Assembly: GCA_963798085.1 (NCBI GenBank)
Contig: CAWCRS010000007.1
Location: 224,001 to 288,000 of the forward strand
DNA: 64,000 bases
Reading direction: 5' to 3'
Origin: an uncultured Gemmatimonadales bacterium
GTDB taxonomy: Bacteria > Gemmatimonadota > Gemmatimonadetes > Longimicrobiales > RSA9
Positions 59,280 to 64,000 of this stretch are shown piece after piece; the first letter of the stretch is position 1, and each line of letters begins with the position of its first letter. The notes under the pieces are model-generated. The model was not told the origin of the DNA. It was given only the letters and a program-made list of their open reading frames with translations, and made no database searches. The position numbers and the translations under genes were made by a program.

Positions 59280-60320
59280 ATGCGTGTACCGGGCCCGCTC
59301 GTTCCCGCACTCACGGCGCTCTTCATCGCGACCTCGCCACACGCGCCGACCGCGACAGCCAGCGAGCTGTGCGCACCCGTTCCCGGTCTGGCAGTGGTCG
59401 AAGGCCGTGTCATCGACTTCATCACCACGATTCCGCTCCAGTCCGCGGACGTCGTGATCCGCTGGCCACAAACGGATCGCGAGGACCACTGGCAGGAGAA
59501 AGAGGTGGAGACGGATCGTGAGGGCCGGTTCCGCGTGTGCGATGCGCCCCACGGCCGGCGAGTGCTGGTGCAGGCCAGATTCATGGGCGAGCAGAGCGAG
59601 TCGCGCAACGCCTCCGCCGACACACTGCAGCCGGCCACGGTGGTGCTGGAAGTGCAGGCGCCACACTCGACGCTGGGCGGACGCGTATTCGACCACGACA
59701 CCAATCATCCCGTGGCCGACGCGGCCGTGCGCATTGCCGGACAGGCTGCGCCGCAGATCACGCGCGACGACGGGTCCTTCCGCTTCGATCGCGTGCCGCC
59801 CGGCGTCTACACGATCGACGTGCAGCACATTGCCTACCTGCCGCTGCACGATTCCATCGATGTACGGCCCAACAGCAGCATGATGGCCATGATTCACGTG
59901 GCGCCGCACGTGATTCCCATTGCTCCCATTGAAGTGACCGTGCGCTCGTTCGTACTCGAGCGGGTGGGTTTCTACCAGCGGCAGCAGCGGCACATCGGCA
60001 CGTACATAACACGCAGTCAGATCGAGGCGCGACCGCCCATGCGAACCAGCGACCTGCTGCGCGCCATCGCGGGTGTTCGGCTGGCAGAGGGCCGCATGGG
60101 CGCTCTGGCACTGGGTCGCGGCAACTGTCCGTTCCGCTACATCCTGGACGGCACCCGCATTGGGCCGGGCTTTTCCATTGATGACGTGCCCTTCCAGACC
60201 ATCGAAGGCCTCGAGGTCTATCTCGGTCCTTCGCAGGTTCCCGTCGAGTTCAACAGTTTCGGCAGCGAGGAGAACGGCACCTGCGGCGCCATCCTGATCT
60301 GGACGCGCAACCGGACCTGA
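59280..60320 (+). CDS. Exported protein with two carboxypeptidase-regulatory-like domains and a TonB plug-like domain, no barrel
   Basis: Signal peptide; two repeats of GRV.D..T..P...A.V..T..G.F; GFYQR..ITRSQIE..SDLLR..YILDG..IEGLEVY..CGAILIWTR. Confidence 0.8.
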   Translation: MRVPGPLVPALTALFIATSPHAPTATASELCAPVPGLAVVEGRVIDFITTIPLQSADVVIRWPQTDREDHWQEKEVETDREGRFRVCDAPHGRRVLVQARFMGEQSESRNASADTLQPATVVLEVQAPHSTLGGRVFDHDTNHPVADAAVRIAGQAAPQITRDDGSFRFDRVPPGVYTIDVQHIAYLPLHDSIDVRPNSSMMAMIHVAPHVIPIAPIEVTVRSFVLERVGFYQRQQRHIGTYITRSQIEARPPMRTSDLLRAIAGVRLAEGRMGALALGRGNCPFRYILDGTRIGPGFSIDDVPFQTIEGLEVYLGPSQVPVEFNSFGSEENGTCGAILIWTRNRT

Positions 60321-60352
60321 GCGCACTGGCGCAGTCGCTGCGCGAGCAGGCA

Positions 60353-61555
60353 GTGGCGCTGGGCTGCGCTGCCGCGGGCATTGCGCCGCTACGGCCCAGC
60401 GAGCACGCACACTTCTATCGTGCGTGGCTGGCGCAGGGCCGGCACGGCGCGATGGGCTGGCTGGCGCGTCCCGATGCGGTGGCCCGACGCACCGACCCGA
60501 CCCGGGCGTGGCCCGTGCTGAAGAGCGCCCTCGTGATAGCAGTGAGTTATCAGCCAACCGCCGAGGAAGCGACTCCGGACCGCGCGCACGGCATCATCGC
60601 GCGTTATGCACGGGGCCGCGACTACCACCGTGTGGTCAAGGCGAAACTGCTGCGGCTGCTGCGCTGGCTGGAACGCGAGACCGGCGAGGCGCTGCCGGCC
60701 GCGCGGGCGTACGTGGATACGGGTGCCGTGCTGGAGCGCGAACTGGCCGGGCGCGCCGGCCTGGGCTGGTTCGGGCGCAACACCATGCTCATCCATCCCC
60801 GCCGCGGCTCGTACTTCTTCCTGGGCGTGCTGCTGCTCGAGCTGGAGCTGCCGGCCGATGCACCGTTCACACGCGACCACTGCGGCACCTGCAACGCGTG
60901 TGTCGAGGCGTGCCCCACGGGCGCGCTGCTGGGTCGGGACAGCAGCGGCGCGCCCATCATGGACGCGCGGCGCTGCATTTCCTACCTGACCATCGAGCAG
61001 CGCGGCCCGATTCCGCGCGAGCTGCGCCCGCTCATCTCCAACCGTGTGTTTGGCTGCGACATCTGCCAGGAAGTCTGCCCCTTCAACCGCCGGCAAGCCG
61101 CAGCACTGGACGCGGCCTTCGCGGCACGCGGTCCAGGCGAAGCCCCCGGCGGCAGCGAGCCCGCCGGAACGGCGCGCGCGGAGCATCCCGGAACCGCGAC
61201 GCCCGCGCTGGTCGAGCTGATGGCCATGGACGAAGCGGCGTGGGAGGATTTCTCGCGCGGGTCTGCGATCCGGCGCGCCGGCCACACCGGATTCCGGCGC
61301 AATGTCGCCGTTGCGCTGGGCAACTGGGGCGCCGCAGCCGCCGCGCCTTCGCTCATCGCCGCACTGGCCGATGCGGAGCCGCTGGTGCGGTCGCACGCAG
61401 CCTGGGCGCTCGGCAAGGTCGGAACGGCCACGGCTCGAACTGCACTGAACGAACGGCTGTCGTGTGAAACGGACCCGGCAGTGATCGAAGAGATCCACGT
61501 GGCGTTATCCGACTGCGACGTTGCGGCGCCGTCACAAGGCACGCCTGCCGGGTAG
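60353..61555 (+). CDS. queG: Epoxyqueuosine reductase
   Basis: ARYARGRDYH, YVDTGAVLER, GLGWFGRN, CGTCNACVEACPTGA, CISYLTIE, FGCDICQEVCP, HEAT-like tail. The true start may be slightly upstream. Confidence 0.93.
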   Translation: MALGCAAAGIAPLRPSEHAHFYRAWLAQGRHGAMGWLARPDAVARRTDPTRAWPVLKSALVIAVSYQPTAEEATPDRAHGIIARYARGRDYHRVVKAKLLRLLRWLERETGEALPAARAYVDTGAVLERELAGRAGLGWFGRNTMLIHPRRGSYFFLGVLLLELELPADAPFTRDHCGTCNACVEACPTGALLGRDSSGAPIMDARRCISYLTIEQRGPIPRELRPLISNRVFGCDICQEVCPFNRRQAAALDAAFAARGPGEAPGGSEPAGTARAEHPGTATPALVELMAMDEAAWEDFSRGSAIRRAGHTGFRRNVAVALGNWGAAAAAPSLIAALADAEPLVRSHAAWALGKVGTATARTALNERLSCETDPAVIEEIHVALSDCDVAAPSQGTPAG

Positions 61556-61783
61556 CATTGCCACGGCCAACTTCAGCGCGATTCCCGTCTCCGCCTCCCC
61601 GGGGTCCTGAAGCGTCCGATGCAGACGCGCGGGAACGGGTCGCGCCCTGTCACGGCGATCTGGCCGGGCGCGAGACATGAAAGAGGCCGACAAGAGATCA
61701 GATCATTTGACCAATCACGCGCGCCGCATTATCTACTTCTGCTGACTGCAACAATCATCGTCCCGTAAACCCATCAGGGCCCG

Positions 61784-63238
61784 ATGAACCGCACGCATGC
61801 CCAACGCACCGCGGCCGCGATCGGGCTGGCGGCGGCCACGCTGCTGGCACACCCGACCCTCGCGCGGGCGCAGGACACGCGGAATTCGCCACCCGTCGAG
61901 CTGACCGCGCAACAGGACCACGAGCGCACCATGCGGCTGCTCGGCATCACGGCGCTCCGGCCGGGCGCGAATGGAAACGACCCGCAGGCGCCGAATGCGG
62001 CGAACTACGATGAGTCGAAAGCGAATCCCTATCCGCATTTGCCGGACGCGCTGCTCACGCAGGCGAGGGAGCGTGTGACCTCACCGGAAATGTGGTGGTC
62101 GGTCAGGCGACCCGAGATCGTCGAGCTGTTCGACCGCGAGGTCTACGGCCGCGTCCCCGGCAACGTGCCGGCGGTGCATTGGGAAGTGCAATCGACCACA
62201 CGCGGCATGAACGGTGACGTCGCGATCCTCACGAAGCAGCTGGTCGGCCACGTCGATAACAGCGTGTATCCGCAGGACAGCGTGAACCTCCTGCTCACGC
62301 TGAGCACGCCGGCCAATGCGACCGGCCCCGTGCCCGTGATCATGCAGTTCGGTTTTGGTGGCTTTGGTCCGCGCGCGGGTGGCGCGGGTGCGCCGGGGCG
62401 CGGTGCAGCAGGCAATGCGGGGCGTGCGGGCGACGCCGGCCGGGGCGCGGGCGCCGGTCGGGGTGGGCCGCCGGGCGGTCCGCCGCCGGGACCCACCTGG
62501 CAGGCGCAGGTGCTGGCGCGCGGCTGGGGCTACGCGGTGATCAATACGGGGAGCATCCAGGCGGACAATGGCGCGGGACTGACGCACGGCATCATCGGTC
62601 TGACGAATCACGGCCAGCCGCGCGCGCTCGATGACTGGGGCGTGCTGCGTGCATGGGCATGGGGCGCGAGTCGCGTGCTCGACTATTTCGAGACGGACGC
62701 GGCGGTGGACGCGAAGCGTGTGGGGCTGGAAGGTCATTCGCGCTGGGGCAAGGCGACGCTGGTGGCGATGGCGTACGATCAGCGTTTCGCCATCGCCTAC
62801 GTCAGCTCATCGGGCGAGGGCGGCGCCAAGCTGCATTGCCGCAATGCGGGCGAGATCGTCGAGAATGTGGCGGGCACCGGAGAGTACCACTGGATGGCGG
62901 GCAACTTCCTGAAGTATGCGGGTCCGCTGACGTGGGATGATCTGCCGGTCGACGCGCACGAGCTGATCGCACTCTGCGCGCCGCGACCCGTGTTCATCAG
63001 TGCGGGTGACCGTGGCGATGGCTGGGTGGATGCGCGCGGCATGTTCATGGCCGCGGCTGCCGCCGGCCCGGTCTACTCGCTGCTGGGCAGGCGGGGGCTG
63101 GGCACGGACGTGTTTCCGCCCGTCGAGACCGGCCTCATGGACGGCGATCTCACGTTCCGCCAGCATGCGAGCGGCCACACCGACGGACCCAACTGGCCTG
63201 CGTTCCTCGAGTTCGCGGCGCGCTACTTCAGGCCGTAG
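61784..63238 (+). CDS. CE15 glucuronoyl-esterase-like secreted esterase
   Basis: Signal peptide, ANYDESKA, AWAWGASR, GHSRWGK, SSGEGG, DAHELIALCAPRP, GHT. Confidence 0.87.
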   Translation: MNRTHAQRTAAAIGLAAATLLAHPTLARAQDTRNSPPVELTAQQDHERTMRLLGITALRPGANGNDPQAPNAANYDESKANPYPHLPDALLTQARERVTSPEMWWSVRRPEIVELFDREVYGRVPGNVPAVHWEVQSTTRGMNGDVAILTKQLVGHVDNSVYPQDSVNLLLTLSTPANATGPVPVIMQFGFGGFGPRAGGAGAPGRGAAGNAGRAGDAGRGAGAGRGGPPGGPPPGPTWQAQVLARGWGYAVINTGSIQADNGAGLTHGIIGLTNHGQPRALDDWGVLRAWAWGASRVLDYFETDAAVDAKRVGLEGHSRWGKATLVAMAYDQRFAIAYVSSSGEGGAKLHCRNAGEIVENVAGTGEYHWMAGNFLKYAGPLTWDDLPVDAHELIALCAPRPVFISAGDRGDGWVDARGMFMAAAAAGPVYSLLGRRGLGTDVFPPVETGLMDGDLTFRQHASGHTDGPNWPAFLEFAARYFRP

Positions 63239-63299
63239 TGGTCCCGCCTCGCAGTGTAGTCACAGCGGCAACGCGGGCGCGGGCGCGCCCGCCTGACAC

Positions 63300-63334
63300 G
63301 CCTGCGGCACACGTGCCTGCGGCACACGCCCTGC
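63300..63334 (+). repeat. Short tandem repeat, 15-bp unit GCCTGCGGCACACGY, about 2.3 copies
   Basis: Read directly from the intergenic sequence. Confidence 0.6.
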
Positions 63335-63464
63335 AATCGAGACCGGGAGCCGTTCATCCGGCAGGCGCTCATCGACTGTACATACCCTTACATGTGGACT
63401 GCCGCTGCGGACTCCGGGCAATAACCTTCAAGCATTCGGCGAACCGGGCGCGCACAGTTCAGGA

Positions 63465-64000
63465 ATGAGATCGATCTTCGTGGCCGCCGCAGCGGCGGTC
63501 TTTGCCGGTGCCGCGTTGGGCCCGGCGCTGCAGGCCCGTGCGTCGGCGCGCGTTGTGGTGGGGGACCTCGAGATCCAGGCGCTCGGCCACGATGTCTACG
63601 CCGCCATCCGCACGGCGCCGATCGGCCTGGCCCAGAATGGCAACTCGCTGTTCGTCGTGAACGACAGCGATGTGGTGGTCGTGGATGCGCAATTCACACG
63701 GGCTGCGACACTCGAGAACATTGCGGCGCTGCGGCGCATCACGCACAAGCCGGTCAGCTATGTGCTGAACACGCACTGGCACGACGACCACGTGGCGGGC
63801 AATCAGGTCTACCAGGACAGCTTTCCCGGCGTGAAGTTCCTGGCGACCGCGCAGACGCGCGCCGATCTGATCGCTCTGGGCCGGCCCAACCGCACGGGCA
63901 CTGTCGAGAACGCACCGCCCGCCGTCGAGCACTACGCTCGCCTGCTGGCAATGGGCCTGGGCATCGACAGCCTGCCCGCGTCCGAGCTGGAGAAGAAGTC
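63465..64000 (+). CDS. Secreted MBL-fold metallo-hydrolase (partial, runs off the right edge)
   Basis: My translation: signal peptide, GNSLFVV, VVVDA, NTHWHDDHVAGN. Confidence 0.88.
   Translation, partial: MRSIFVAAAAAVFAGAALGPALQARASARVVVGDLEIQALGHDVYAAIRTAPIGLAQNGNSLFVVNDSDVVVVDAQFTRAATLENIAALRRITHKPVSYVLNTHWHDDHVAGNQVYQDSFPGVKFLATAQTRADLIALGRPNRTGTVENAPPAVEHYARLLAMGLGIDSLPASELEKK

Noticed and set aside
52201..61555. queE/queG as a 7-deazaguanine DNA modification (dpd) island
   Set aside because: Genes are dispersed with no dpdA/tgt paralogue; consistent with ordinary tRNA queuosine synthesis.

Overview
High-GC bacterial chromosomal segment. Gene content suggests Gemmatimonadota (inference: GWxTD proteins, plug-only TonB proteins, PorV-like barrel, futalosine-pathway MqnD). 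About 49 CDSs; no rRNA, tRNA, CRISPR array, prophage or transposase recognised. Most genes are housekeeping or metabolic: sigma70-family factor, Btu/Fec-type ABC importer, SbcCD, TrpE, QueE, QueG, MqnD, proline dehydrogenase, threonine dehydratase/RidA, GMC oxidoreductase and a CE15 esterase. The standout is a ~13 kb cell-envelope locus (22279-35217). It comprises a divergent TPR-GWxTD gene and a promoter-driven operon encoding a TonB-dependent receptor, a 1238-aa secreted Fn3 protein with a T9SS-like C-terminal sorting domain, a PorV/PorQ-family barrel, a second GWxTD protein and an Ig-like lipoprotein, with strong stem-loops at most gene junctions. It looks like an uncharacterised T9SS-related surface display/uptake module. 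At least five genes carry single-base frameshifts, probably long-read assembly errors. All family assignments come from motifs read by eye; no database searches were run.
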